Positions 1-13,350 of a stretch of 64,000 nucleotides of DNA are shown here, one piece after another. Position 1 is the stretch's first letter, and each line of letters opens with the position of its first letter. The stretch covers positions 54,560,001 through 54,624,000 of the forward strand of contig OX597818.1 of NCBI GenBank assembly GCA_951406725.2. Direction: 5' to 3'. Both the position numbers and the translations under genes were made by a program. This stretch comes from Octopus vulgaris. Its lineage: Eukaryota. The notes beneath the pieces were generated by a model. It did not search any database, was not told where the DNA came from, and was given only the letters and a program-made list of their open reading frames with translations.

Positions 1-145
1 TGTACGGCAACAAAGACAAAAAAACGGAGGACATAGTACACAATTACAAATACAAGCAACAAGAATATGACAACAGGTGTCTTTCGGCTGAGAATGAATC
101 AAATTGAGCTGACGTGTATGAAGTGAAAGCCTAAAGGCAGGAACA
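1..145 (-). repeat. Dispersed repeat fragment homologous to 32858-32985 (possibly Penelope pseudo-LTR-like)
   Basis: Reverse complement aligns by eye with 32858-32985 (gcttcacttc...aattt..ttc...ctcagccgaaagac.cctgttg). Confidence 0.55.
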
Positions 146-530
146 TCTTTGTTTGTCCCTTCTATGTTTAGCCCCTTGTGGGCAATAAAGAAATACGAGA
201 GCATAAACAAATCCACCACACACACACACACACATACACACACACACACACACAGATTTCCCACAGCTTCTGTCTACCATATTCACTTACAAGGCAATTG
301 GTAGGCCCGGTGGTATAGTAGAGGACATTTTTCCCAAGGTTATATACAATGGAGCCGAACTCGAAGTCATGTGTTTGCAATCCATACATACACACACACA
401 CACACACACACACATACATACATGCATGCATACATACATACATGCATACATACATACATATATGTATGCATACATTCATTCATACATACATACATACATG
501 CATACATATATGCATACATATACATTACAT

Positions 531-826
531 TATGGCTGCCCCCTCGTTGTCGAGTATGGCCATTGCACTTAGCTTAACTGTTACTGGTGCTGTGATCGAA
601 TAGGACTTTTTAGCCCAGCTAAAGATCTACAATGTCTTGTACAAAATTGGCAACTAAAACCTTTACCGGTAATAGCCGGCTGTAGTTGTAACTGGGCTTC
701 ATGTACCTTTGCATGTCGTTTAAGTCCTCCTGCCGAATTACACTCTCTTCCACATGCCCGACAGATATGATTAGTATGGTGTGTAACACCACCACCAGTG
801 GCCAGGTTGTCACTCATCTGCCTCGC
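531..826 (-). mobile_element. 5'-truncated RTE-type LINE 3' end with two C2H2-like fingers, copy 1
   Basis: Translates HICRACGRECNSAGGLKRHAKVH...CQFCTRHCRSLAGLKS(H)IRSQHQ*, followed by a short 3' UTR and a microsatellite tail. Embedded in (TACA)n; no genuine start codon. Confidence 0.7.
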
Positions 827-846
827 ATACATACATACATACATAC

Positions 847-908
<62 letters not shown>

Positions 909-944
909 GCATACATACATACAAGCATACATAGATACACACAA

Positions 945-975
<31 letters not shown>

Positions 976-999
976 CAAACATACATACATATATATATT

Positions 1000-1296
1000 A
1001 TGGCTGCCCCCTCGTTATCGAGCATAGTCACTGCACTTAGCTTAACTGTTTATTGGTGCTGTGATCGAATGTGACTTTTTAGCCCAGCTAAAGATCTACA
1101 ATGTCTTGTACAGAATTGGCAACTAATACCTTTACCGGTAATAGCCGGCTGTAGTTGTAACTGGGCTTCATGTACCTTTGCATGTCGTTTAAGTCCTCCT
1201 GCCGAATTACACTCTCTTCCACATGCCTGGCAGATATGATTAGTATGGTGTGTAACGTCACCACCAGTGGCCAGGTTGTCACTCATCTGCCTCGCA
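1000..1296 (-). mobile_element. 5'-truncated RTE-type LINE 3' end with two C2H2-like fingers, copy 2 (tandem duplicate)
   Basis: Near-identical to 531-826, with the same truncation point (catctgcctcg|catacatac). Confidence 0.7.
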
Positions 1297-1337
1297 TACA
1301 TACATACATACATACATACATACATACATACATACAT

Positions 1338-1635
1338 TCGAGGATTACAGATCCAAGCCATCACTGGAGCAGTAAAAATCTGTAGAATTTTCCAAAAGTT
1401 TATCATTTCCAGAAGTTTATCTCTAGACATGCAACAATATGCATGAGAAAATATGCATAAAACAAAACATGCAGATCCGCACATGCACTGAATCCAAAAA
1501 CTGCACATATAAACATACATACATGCAAAAGAACCCTGCTGATGTTGTTGAAAGTCCAACGAAGAAGCCTTGGAACTAGGTTAGAAACCGGCTCTTTCTC
1601 TATTGACAAGAACTCGTAAAATGAAACTAAATAAT
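1338..1635 (+). mobile_element. R4/Dong-like non-LTR retrotransposon extreme 3' end
   Basis: RGLQIQAITGAVKICRIFQKF matches the C-terminus at 4150-4230 (-); the 3' UTR matches 3920-4150 (-). Starts directly after (TACA)n. Confidence 0.65.
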
Positions 1636-1778
1636 GACACACACGCTCACACACAAACACACACACACATACACTGACATACACACACACACATATATAC
1701 ATACATAAGTCAAAGATGTTTTAACAGTAGAACGATTCACATATATCTATTTCTTATCGAACACCGTTACACAATGAA

Positions 1779-2163
1779 GGAGGCGCAATGGCCCAGTGGT
1801 TAGGGCAGCGGACTCGCGGTCGTAGGATCGCGGTTTCGATTCCCAGACCGGGCGTTGTGAGTGTTTATTGAGCGAAAACACCTAAAAGCTCCACGAGGCT
1901 CCGGCAGGGGGGTGGTGGTGATCCCTGCTGTACTCTTTCACCACAACTTTCTCTCACTCTTACTTCCTGTTTCTGTTGTACCTCTATTTCAAAGGGCCGG
2001 CCTTGTCACTCTCTGTTTCACGCTGAATATCCCCGAGAACTACGTTAAGGGTACATGTATCTGTGGAGTGCTCAGCCACTTGCACGTTAATTTCACGAGC
2101 AGGCTGTTTCGTTGATTCGGATCAACCGGAACCCTTATCGTCGTAACCGACGGAGTGCTTCCA
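1779..2163 (+). mobile_element. tRNA-derived SINE group C, tail 1 (other full copies 38443-38825 -, 41633-42017 +)
   Basis: A box TGGCCCAGTGG and B box GTTTCGATTCC; three near-identical ~385 bp copies. TSDs tatatgaga (38.4 kb copy) and tatatctatga (41.6 kb copy). Confidence 0.85.
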
Positions 2164-2264
2164 CACACACAATTAAATAAATTGCTTACATCATACAAGT
2201 AATAAATTTACTGAAGCGTGTCGGCTGAGTGTTTGGTTTGGCAAACGTTTTTAGTTCTTCCTTT

Positions 2265-2428
2265 GCATAGGAGTGGCTGTGTGGTAAGTAGCTTGCTTAC
2301 CAACCACATGGTTCCGGGTTCAGTCCCACTGTGTGGCATCTTGGGCAAGTGTCTTCTGCTATAGCCCCGGGCCGACCAATGCCTTGTGAGTGGATTTGGT
2401 AGACGGAAACTGAAAGAAGCCTGTCGTA

Positions 2429-2478
<50 letters not shown>

Positions 2479-2685
2479 GTGTTTGTGTGTCTATGTTTGT
2501 CCCCCTAGCATTGCTTGACAACCGATGCTGGTGTGTTTACGTCCCCGTCACTTAGCGGTTCGGCAAAAGAGACTGATAGAATAAGTACTGGGCTTACAAA
2601 GAATAAGTCCCGGGGTCGATTTGCTCGACTAAAGGCGGTGCTCCAGCATGGCCGCAGTCAAATGACTGAAACAAGTAAAAGAAAG

Positions 2686-2688
<3 letters not shown>
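2265..2688 (+). mobile_element. tRNA-derived SINE group A with internal (TA)n(TG)n microsatellite
   Basis: Head gagtggctgtgtggtaag...gggttcagtccc, CORE-like cttgggcaagt, tail ggcggtgctccagcatggccgcagtcaaatgactgaaacaagtaaaaga. More than 10 copies in the window. Confidence 0.85.
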
Positions 2689-2761
<73 letters not shown>

Positions 2762-2768
2762 TTTAGTA

Positions 2769-3178
2769 CCGTAAATCCTCGAGTATAGTCCGCCCTTGAG
2801 TATAATACGCAGGGGATTTTTAAGGGGCAGTATCTCTGAAAAATCTAAACCTTGTGTATAACACGCACCCCTTCTCTAACCTGAGTCAAGGAGGTCTATA
2901 TAACGTCCTTGGTTTGCAAAAATGTATACGGGTACGTCCTTTATTATTATTGTACATATAACATATATTTCTTTACTACCCCCAAGGGGCTAAACACAGA
3001 GGGGACAAACAAGGACAGACAAAAGGATTAAGTCGATTACATCAACCCCAGTGCGTAACTGGTACTTAATTTTATCGACCCCGATTTTCATTTTTAACCT
3101 CGTATATAGTACGCACTAGAGATTTTGACCTTTAAATTTTGGGAAAAAAGTGCGGATTATACTCGAGGATTTGTACAG
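2769..3178. mobile_element. Tc2/pogo-like MITE with nested SINE B fragment (2965-3084, -)
   Basis: TIRs ccgtaaatcctcgagtatagtccgc / gcggattatactcgaggatttgtacag, flanked by TA. Confidence 0.75.
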
Positions 3179-3191
3179 TACATAGTTTTGC

Positions 3192-3232
<41 letters not shown>

Positions 3233-3589
3233 TGCGTAAATATTTTTAGAAATATTTTGTGGTATTTGTACGTGAATGTAGTTGAATGCTAATGTGTACA
3301 GATATGCAATCTAAATATTGGTGCACCACATCTGTTACTTAACATCTATCAAATAAATCAAAATATCTAATTAAATATTTGAACAATGTCATGTAATATA
3401 GCATGAATTCTTGAAGTTTGTCAGATAATAAACCAGCCGTATCATTGTTAATCAATTATTATTTGTGATTGATATTTGAATAAAGACAGAATAGAAGAGA
3501 GTTATGAGTGCATGATGATAGATAGAGACTAACTCATATAGAAACATGTATAGTTTAGGAGCTTGACGGATATATAATATTTATGTGTT

Positions 3590-5192
3590 TATTCAGTTTC
3601 ATTTCAAGGTTCCTTGCCAATAGAGAAAGAACCGGTTTCTAACCTAAATCCAAGGCTCCTTCATTGGAATTTCAACATCAGCAACAGGGTATTTTTGTAT
3701 GTATGCATGTATGTATGTATGTATGTATGTATGTATGTATGTATGTATGTATGTGTGTGTGTATGTATGTATGTATGTATGTATGTATGTATGTATGGAT
3801 GGATGGATGGGTGTACGCATGTATGTATGCATGCATGCATGTATGTATGTATGCATGCATGCATGTATGTATATATGTATGTATCTGTGTGTGTATGTAT
3901 GTATGTATGTATGTATGTTATTGTTCAGTTTTATTTCAAGATTTCTTGAATAGAGAAAGAACCGGTTTCTAACCTAAATCCAAGGCTCCTTCATTGGAAT
4001 TTCAACATCAATAACAGGGTATTTTTGTATGTATGTATGTATGTATGTATGTATGTATGTAGGTATGTATAAGTGCAGATTTGTATGTTTAGTTTTATGT
4101 ATGTATTCTCGTGCATATGGTTGCATATCTAGACATGCTCATATATATTTAAATGATAAACTTTCGAAAAGTTTTACTGTTTTTTACAGTTCCAGTGATG
4201 GATTGGATCTGTAGTCTTCGAATCAGCTTCCGCATTTCTGATTTTAAGAAACCTATTTTTTTTTAAGATTGGTATTTAAACAGTGTGTTACATATCCCGG
4301 TACCCCAATAATTACAGGCATAAACCTGGGCTTGTAATATGGATAGAGTAACTGGAGATTTCTCAGTAGTTCAGCGTATGTATTTATATATGGTGGTTGT
4401 CTACTCCTTATGCAGAGTCTGACCACATCTTGTACTTACACCTTTGAACCATCACGGCATCTGATAAGGCTTTTTAAACTAGACAATGTATTGATACCCA
4501 CATAGACTGCATACCTGATTTGGGCCACTAAGATCTGCAGTTACGTTCCGATCTTCGTGGGTCTTTAAATATCTTTGGGACGTAATCAACACAGACAAAT
4601 TCAAATTTGGAACTTGAGAAAAATCTTGCATATTTTTACTGTTCTACTCACAGATTACACTTGTAATGTACGAATCAGCCGATCGATTTCTCTCTTTCTG
4701 AAAATCCCAGTTTATCCAGATTCCCTTTTAAGCATTTACTAACAAAACCTAGTGCAGCAATTATTATTGGTATGCATAAGAATTCATAGTCTGGATGTAG
4801 AAGCTAGAGGCTTCGAAGCAGTTGTCCATAGATGTCTTTTTTTCTTTGATTTTTAAAAAGATATTTTTATCTGCAGGGCAGCTGACCGCTATGATGGTAT
4901 GTACCTTTGCCCCTCTGTCCCAAACGACAGTATACGGCCTGTTATGTTTACATTTGACAGACGTTTTGATGGGAATATTCCACCGGTGTTCGTTGAGTTG
5001 AAGTTTATGAATGTATTCCATAACAGACGGATTTTCTAAGTTTATTTCAGGACAGTCTCTTTTGCGGATAGTATTGTAAACTGTTTTAACAACAACATCG
5101 TACTAGGAAGGTAGTAACGTGACGACATTTTAGGACAGCTGCTAATCACATGCGTTGTGTCTTCCACAGAAACATCACATAGCCTACACATG
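3590..5192 (-). mobile_element. Stacked decayed R4/Dong-like (restriction-like endonuclease) LINE 3' fragments in (TATG)n
   Basis: CRLC..VEDTTHVISSC (CCHC knuckle), frameshifted RHD-like motif, NRP(D>Y)TVVWD...SCPADKN...KIKEK, PIIIAALGFV. A second C-terminal copy lies at 4150-4440 and the 3' UTR is duplicated (3590-3700, 3920-4030). Stops and frameshifts present. Confidence 0.75.
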
Positions 5193-5507
5193 CGCTTGCA
5201 TGTATGTATGTATGTACGTATATATATGTGTGTGTGTGTGTATGAATGTATGTATGTATGTATGTATGTATGTATGTATGTATGTATGTATGTATGTATG
5301 TATGTATGTATGTATGTATGAATGTATCCATGCATGTATGTATGTGTGGTCGATTCGTGACACAGCTGTGTTCAATGAAGCGTTCAGTTGTAATATCAGA
5401 TTTTACGTTTAAAAACTACTGCGTAGAAATTATATCTTTCATAATTAAAAGGCAGTTTCCTAGTCTCCATAAATGAGTAAACACACACACACACACATAT
5501 ATATATT

Positions 5508-5630
<123 letters not shown>

Positions 5631-5841
5631 TATTTTGAGTAATTGAATGAATTATCTTATTAAGGATAATTCGAAAGATAACCGATACCTGGGTAGCAAA
5701 TTCACATCAGAAAGAACACGGTTGAAGCTACGTCCCTGGGGCATAGACTACGTGTCTTCGTGCGGAAATTTGTATGTTTATTTTAAAATTATAAGTTTAT
5801 GAAAGAATGGAGTTGAACGACTAGTTAACAAATATCCTTTT

Positions 5842-5926
5842 ATTCTCGACATATGTTTCGAAGGCTGCATATTCCTAATTCCGAAGGAATAAGGAGTACA
5901 TTATGCAGATTTCTCATCAGGAAAAT
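5842..5926 (-). ncRNA. Type I hammerhead ribozyme, intact core (Penelope-type)
   Basis: Minus strand reads attttc-CTGATGA-GAA..CTGCATA...TATGCAG..TTC-GAAA-CATATG-TC-gagaat: stem I 6 bp, extended stem II, palindromic stem III, GUC cleavage triplet. Confidence 0.75.
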
Positions 5927-6339
5927 CAAGGAACTTATGTCGACATCAAAATGCACAAAAAACTTTTAGCTGACTGCTCTCAAGGAGCCCATGACGATAA
6001 TGAGTGTCTCTTTATAATGAGTGACATCAGAGTGGCTGAATGTAGAAGAATCTAGAAGTTTCTAAAGGTTCAAGAGTTCAAACGAAGTAGGAGGAGGGAG
6101 GCATAAGAATAGTAAGGTGAGAGAGTGCAGGTCAAAAGAATGGTGGGTTTAAATGATTTCTTTTATGAATGTGTGCCTGTGTGTGTAACTGTATATAACA
6201 AACACAATCACGTCTTAATGTGTGTATGTGTGTGTCTGAATGCATTCAGACACACATACATGAAACGATTGGACCACATTACCTCGGATATACTTCTTGC
6301 TTATTTTGATAATTTATATATATACATATATATATACAT

Positions 6340-6432
<93 letters not shown>

Positions 6433-6726
6433 TGTATGCATATTTATGAGTGTGTGTCTATTTTACATTTTGTACCCTCACCATCGCTTGAAACCGATGT
6501 TGATGTGTCTACATACCTGTAAATCGAGGGTTTGGCATAAGTGACCGATAAAATAAGTACTAGGCTTACAAAGAATAAGTTCTGAGGTCGATTTCTTCGA
6601 CTAAAACCCTTTAAGAGGGTGCTCCAGCTTGGCCGCAGTCAAATGACTGCAACATGTAAATGAATAAAAGAGTATATGTATGTATATATACATATACATA
6701 CATACATACATACATACATACATACC

Positions 6727-6771
<45 letters not shown>

Positions 6772-6789
6772 TCGACGTTTTGCCTTCTA

Positions 6790-7171
6790 TCTCTCTCTAT
6801 ATAAACGGCAGTTTGTCTGTGCGTGTTTCTGTGTGTCTGTTTGCTTGTACCCTCACTCTGACCACGGCTTTCAACCAATTCTGATGAAACTTGACACACA
6901 CATAGCCCAATGTCATAATTCAAAACTAACGCAGCGAAAATTTTGAAAAGTTCCCCCAGTTCTGAAAATAATCAATAAATTCGACATGGGGTCGAGAATC
7001 AGAAACACAAACCGCAAACTGTCTAGGGGACGCAACTCCACCTTTTTTAACTAAAAAAAATTTACCATAATTTTTTTCCATTTTTTTGCTATGTTTTTGG
7101 CTATAACTCTCTAAAAATGCTTTATAGTTATTTCCCTTACAAACCTGAGCAACGCCGGGCGATACTGCTAG
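6790..7171 (+). mobile_element. Non-autonomous Helitron
   Basis: A|TC 5' end, 3' hairpin cctgagcaacgccggg followed by CTAG|T; 3' end shared with the 13549 and 28707 copies. Confidence 0.8.
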
Positions 7172-7236
7172 TTCCTTAATAAATGAAATATGTAAACCAA
7201 AGACCATGTTTGTTTATCTTTTTCATTTATTACATG

Positions 7237-7336
<100 letters not shown>

Positions 7337-7430
7337 CATACAAAGAGAGAGAGAAAGGGAGAAAGAAAGAGAAAAAGGGATATAGTGAAGCAGATAGAAG
7401 CTATTAGGCTTATATTTAAATATAATACAT

Positions 7431-7755
7431 AGGCGCAGGAATGCCCGTGTGGTAAGTAGCTTGCTGACCAACTACATGGTTCCGAGTTCAATCCCACTGC
7501 GCGGCATCTTGGACAAGTGTCATCTACTATAGCCTCAGGCCTACGAAAGTCTTGTGAGGGAATTTGGTAGAAGGAAACTGAAAGAAACCTGACGCAGGAG
7601 TGGCTGTGTGGTAAGTAGCTTGCTAACCAACCACATGGTTCCGGGTTCAGTCCCACTGCGTGGCATCTTGGGCAAGTGTCTTCTGATATAGCCTCGGGCC
7701 GACCAATGCCTTGTGAGTGGATTTGGTAGACGGAAACTGAAAGAAGCCTGTCGTA

Positions 7756-7826
<71 letters not shown>

Positions 7827-8040
7827 TTGTGTGTCTGTGTTTGTTCCCCTAGCATTGCTTGACAACCAATTCTGGTGTGTTTACGTCCCCGTCACTTAGC
7901 GGTTCGGCAAAAAGAGACCGATAGAATAAGTACTGGGCTTACAAAAAGAATAAGACCCGGGGTCGATTTGCTCGACTAAAGGCGGTGCTCCAGCATGGCC
8001 GCAGTCAAATGACTGAAACAAGTAAAAGAGTAAAAGAGAG
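7431..8040 (+). mobile_element. SINE group A: partial older copy followed by a full copy (7593-8040)
   Basis: Sequence identity with 2265-2688. Confidence 0.85.
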
Positions 8041-8041
8041 A

Positions 8042-8082
<41 letters not shown>

Positions 8083-8089
8083 ATAGACG

Positions 8090-8990
8090 CAAAACTTACA
8101 GGAGAATGCGTATGTTTTTAACTCGGCACCTGATTTTGGAAGATCGGAATTACGTAATAGTTATACAGTTCATAATTAGTAGATGAAATGTGCAAAGCGC
8201 TATAAATATGCAGTCAGTTGATGGCCGCATAGAGACATTATCGTAATATCGGCATCCTTCATCAGGAGGGAAAACTAGCAAGTAGTAGTTCACATCATAG
8301 TGCGTGAATTGTAGCGGTGGAATGGGAGAAGAGAAAGAGAGATTGTAAAAGGCAGGGAGAGTGGGGATGCAGGCAGCTTAGCGAGAGAGGTAGAGGGAGA
8401 GTAAGAAGAGATAAGAACTACAAGGCGGAGAGATGGCAAGATAAGTAATCGGTCGAGCGAACAAATGTAGAAGTGGTGAGCTGGAGGAAGGAGGGAAGGG
8501 GGTCAGTAATGGGAAAGAAATGCTGTTGGTGGTTGGGTATCTTCAATCAATTAGGGATGGTTGTAGCTCTAGAAAACTAGAGGAAGAGTCAAGGAATGAA
8601 GAACGAAATGGGGTGGAGCTGCGGAGGAGGTGCGCTGCTGAGATTGGAAGAAGAAGACAAAAGAGCAGATTTTGGAACAATTAGGGTTTGGGGCTGGTTA
8701 TGGATACAGCCAGTAAGAGGCAAAGAAGGAATTCGAGGGATGAGGATGGGGCAGCAGCAAAGGAAGATATACTGAGTTATGGACAAATCTACAAAAAGAA
8801 TAGTGTGTGTGTGTGTGCGCGTGAGAGAGAGAGAGAGTGAAAAGTGAAAGAGAAAAGATATGTTGCTAGCATAGCTAAGTGGTAAGTTAGGGTTGAATCA
8901 TAGTTATGAACATTACGACTATTACGCAATTCCGAGCTCCTAGAAACAGCTGTCGAGTTAAAAAGCTATGCATTCTCCCTTTAGTTTTTT
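8090..8990. mobile_element. Decayed Penelope-like element with inverted terminal segment and hammerhead halves
   Basis: 8100-8175 (-) and 8905-8980 (+) are inverted homologues; GAAACAGCTGTC at about 8943 (+) and CTGATGA at about 8258-8264 (-). Confidence 0.5.
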
Positions 8991-9674
8991 GCATTTTTTG
9001 TACTCCATATACAGTAAATTTAGTAGTCAATATATATAAAAATCTATCTGCTTGTACACATGTATCTTTTACTTGTTTCTGTCATTTGACTGCGGCCATG
9101 CTGGAGCACCACTATAATGTGTTTTTCTTCTGCATATATTTGGTTTTAGTATCTGTATATATCCATAAGTGCATTACGTATGTATATATGTATGTATATT
9201 TATATATATATCAAGCTTAATCGTGTTTATCTGCATCACAATCTCCATCTCAGCGCATCTGGATTTCTCTGAGGTCGATTTGTTCGTTTAAACTTGTCAA
9301 GGCGGTGCCCCAGCATGGGCGAAGTCTAATGACCGAAGGAATTAAAAATTAAACGATATGAAATAAAGGTATAATCTTAGATTTTCGGATAGCGTGTGAG
9401 TAGGATTTAATAGGTGAAACCATCTTGACGAGAGGTTCTCTAACTTTTGGGGCCACATAGCCACATAATACCCTCTGCGCACCCACTCCTATTTTTATGT
9501 ATAAATAAATATTTTATACAAGGATGCTAAAAAAGTCTCCCCGTAGTAGGTATTTAATGGTTTTCGGGCGATTCTTGTACACTTATCCTTAATTGCTGGT
9601 CTGGTGGTGTTAAATCAGGTGATTTTGGTGACCAAAGTCCCTTCTAACCACACAGCCATATAAATAAAAAAATA

Positions 9675-10240
9675 TTGGGTTGTCCGGAAAGTTCGTGCCG
9701 ATTTATAGTAGCTTACATTTCGACTTATTTTAGAACATGGTTGAGTCCATAAAATAGGATTTGACTACACCTCCATTTAGAGCACAGCTTAAGCTATCTT
9801 TTCGTGGGAGAAGGTTTATGTTCCTATAACATGTGTTAATTTTGTAAGCCTTTAAAATGGAAGATAAGAAAGTTCATTTTCGGCATTTGATGCTTTGGGA
9901 ACCAGACAAAAATTGCCGCACCTCGGCTGGGATGTGATACCCCACCCTCCATATTCACCAGATATTACTCCTTCGGATTTCCCCGTATTCAGGTCTCTGC
10001 AGAATAGTCTTAATGGTAAAAATTTCAATTCCTTGGATGACGTAAAAAGATACCTTGATGAATTCTTTGCCATGAAACCACCTCAATTGTGGGAAGAGGG
10101 TATTTTCAAGTTAAAGGAAAGATGGAGACGCATTGTGCAACAAATTGGTTCATATTTGGTTGATTAAAAATGTAATGGCAAATATTTATTGACCCTTTTC
10201 TTTCTGTTAAAGATGGGTACGAACTTTCCGGACAACCTAA
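9675..10240 (+). mobile_element. Internally deleted mariner transposon
   Basis: TIRs ttgggttgtccggaaagttcgtgcc / gggtacgaactttccggacaacctaa with TA TSD. N-terminal MEDKKVHFRHLMLW is fused to a C-terminal HPPYSPDITPSDF...RSLQN motif. Confidence 0.92.
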
Positions 10241-11030
10241 TATAACAGTTAGCTTAATTACTTTTTCTGATCAAGAAAAAGGTCATCAAATGTCTACATG
10301 AAACATTTATCGTTGGTTCGGATATTTTTCTATCGCTTAGTCAGAGGAAGAGTGAAGGCACGTGGCCAGTTCGTGATGGACCTTGCGCTCTCGATCGTAA
10401 GATAGTCGTTTCAATTCTCGGATTGGATGGTGCTTTGTGTTCTTGAGTAAGACAATTTGTTTCCCGTTGCTCCATTACACTTGGCTATAAATGTGTTCCT
10501 GTAATGGCCGAGAAGTTAACCGTACGACGGACCGGCGTCACGTTCAGTGGGAAATGTTGTGATCCTGGCCAATTATGTTTCATGGAAACCGGTTTAATTT
10601 CCGGCCTTAGGGCTTATGAAAAGAGGAAACAGTAGTGCGTATGTGCCTTTTAAGGTCTCTGACACTGGGGAAGAAGGGGAAAAGATTCATAACACAAAGG
10701 AGCAGATTTATCTATCTTTGTTTTAGTCATGGGCCTGCTGCCATGCTGGAGCACCGCCGTAAAGAGTTTCGTTGAACAAATCGACGCTAGGATTTAATTT
10801 TCTAATGTTTGGTGCTTATTCTATTAGGTACACTTGCCGAATCGCTAAGTTACGGGGGACGTAAACAAACCATTACTGGTTGTCAAGCGATGGCGGGGAC
10901 AAATGCAAACAGACACATGCGTGTACACACACGCACGTGGGTATACTGACACAAACATTATCTATCTATCAATCTATCAGTTTGTCTGTTTGTCTGTCAA
11001 TCTGTCTAGCTATCTATCAGTGTGTGTGTG

Positions 11031-11127
<97 letters not shown>

Positions 11128-11138
11128 CTCTCTACTAC

Positions 11139-11192
<54 letters not shown>

Positions 11193-11296
11193 CCAGCATT
11201 GCATGGAACTGCAAGAATTCTTCATAGGGTTCTTGAAGCATGACCAGTAAATAAATGTCACTTTAGTCTGCTGACACTTTCCATCATACCCAGCAA

Positions 11297-11375
<79 letters not shown>

Positions 11376-11434
11376 GTAATAATAATAATAATAATAATGA
11401 TAATAATAATAACAACAACAATAACAACAACAAT

Positions 11435-11943
11435 AATATCTTAACTGATTAGAAATGTTGTCATGTACATTGTTTTGGTATAAAAGATGGGCTACAGCAA
11501 ATATTCTGCTCAGTACCACAGATTTGCTTGTCAGTTGTTTGACCATAACCAGTTGACCATGTCCCTTAGTGGCTGACGATATGTGCATCTCTGATCACGA
11601 GCAGAAGTAGTGGGGGAGCATCATAGCCATGTGTTGAGAGGGAGTCTTTGGGGTTTGAATAATTCACCTCTGGAAACATGGGTGTTTCGTTCGACATCCT
11701 TTAACGGCCCTTATTCAGGGACCTTTTGAGCGAGATGGGCTTCTGAACCTGAAAAAGTTTCTAACTGGGCCCCACCTGCCAGGTCATGCACTATTTATGT
11801 TGATATGAGATATGTCGCGCATATATGGTTGTGATGCATGTGCCTAGTGTACCCTTATCAGACGGGTGGTCATGATGGGTATACTGGGCATCGTTTATTT
11901 TACCTCAGTGTCACTTTGATGGCATGCATTGCTCTCTCACTCA

Positions 11944-11945
<2 letters not shown>
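11435..11945 (+). mobile_element. Non-coding ~550 bp element embedded in (TAA)n, copy 1 (5'-truncated)
   Basis: Highly similar to 60502-61054; both copies have (TAA)n on both sides. Strand is relative only. Confidence 0.75.
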
Positions 11946-12015
<70 letters not shown>

Positions 12016-12048
12016 TAAATGATAATAATGATGATAATAATAATAATG

Positions 12049-12120
<72 letters not shown>

Positions 12121-12549
12121 GATATTTGTCTGCGTGCCTCTATGTGTGCGTGCATACATACGTGCACCACGTGTATATGTATGTGTTTGTGTTTGCATTT
12201 GTCTCAGCCACCACGTGACAACCGGTGTTAGTCTGTTTGCATCCCCATAACATAGTGATTCGGCAAGCATGACGGGTTGAATAAGCACCAGACTTGAACA
12301 TTCAGTAGCGGGGTGGAGATGGTGCTCCAGCAGAGCCGCTATCCGACGACAAGTGAAAGATAACATAAATCTCCTCCTTCGTGTTATGAATCTTCTTTCC
12401 TTCTCGCCTTAGTCAGAGACCCTAAAGACATTCACAGCACTGTTACTTCCTCCTACCAAGGTGCCGTGCAGTGGGATTGAACACGAAACATCATGGTTGC
12501 AAAGCGAGCTTCTTTGCCATTTCCAGAGATTATATAATCTGTGAGTCGG

Positions 12550-13350
12550 AAAGGCGGCGAGCTGGCAGAAACGTTAGCACGCCGGGTGAAATGCTTACCG
12601 GTATTTCGTCTGCCGTTACGTTCTGAGTTCAAATTCCGCCGAGGTCGACTTTGCCTTTCATCCTTTCGGGGTCGATTAATTAAGTACCAGTTACGCACTG
12701 GGTCGGTATAATCGACATAATCCGTTTGTCTGTCCTTGGGTAGTAAAGAAATAGGTATTTCGTCTGCCGCTACGTTCTGAGTTCAAATTCCGCCGAGGTT
12801 GACTTTGCTTTTCATTTTTTCGGGGTCGATAAATTAAGCACCAATTGCGTCTTGTGGGTCGATCTAATCGACTGACCTTCTCCCCCCAAATTTCCGACCT
12901 TATGCCTAGAGTAGAAAAGCATATTGAATGGTATTCTTCTTTAAGGCGGCGAGCTGGCAGAAACGTTAGCACGCCGGGCGAAATGCTTAGCAGTATTTCG
13001 TCTGTCTTTATGTTCTGAGTTCAAATTACGTCGAGGTCGACTTTGCCTTTGATCCTTTCGGGGGTGATAAATTATGTACCAGTTAGATACTAGGATCGAT
13101 CTAATCGACTGGCCCCCTCCCCAACAATTTCGGGCCTTGTGCCTAGCGTAGAAAAGAATCGTTAGCATGCCGGAAAAAGTGCTTAGCGGCATTTCGTCCG
13201 TCCTTATGTTTTGAGTTCAAATTCCGCCGAGGTCGAGTTTGCCTTTCATCCCTTTTGGGGTCGATAAATAAATAGCACTTGAATATATGGGTTGATGTAA
13301 CTGATTTATCCCCTTGCTCGAATTTCCTGGTCTTTAACCAAAATTTGAAA
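12550..13350 (+). mobile_element. Cluster of SINE group B copies (two alternative tails)
   Basis: Head ggcggcgagctggcagaaacgttagc; central gaggtcgactttgcctttcatcctttcggggtcgataaataagtacc resembles the MetaSINE Meta domain. Confidence 0.8.

Noticed and set aside
1779-1855. tRNA genes at SINE heads
   Set aside because: A and B boxes are present, but the acceptor stem is not closed and each continues into a multi-copy SINE body.
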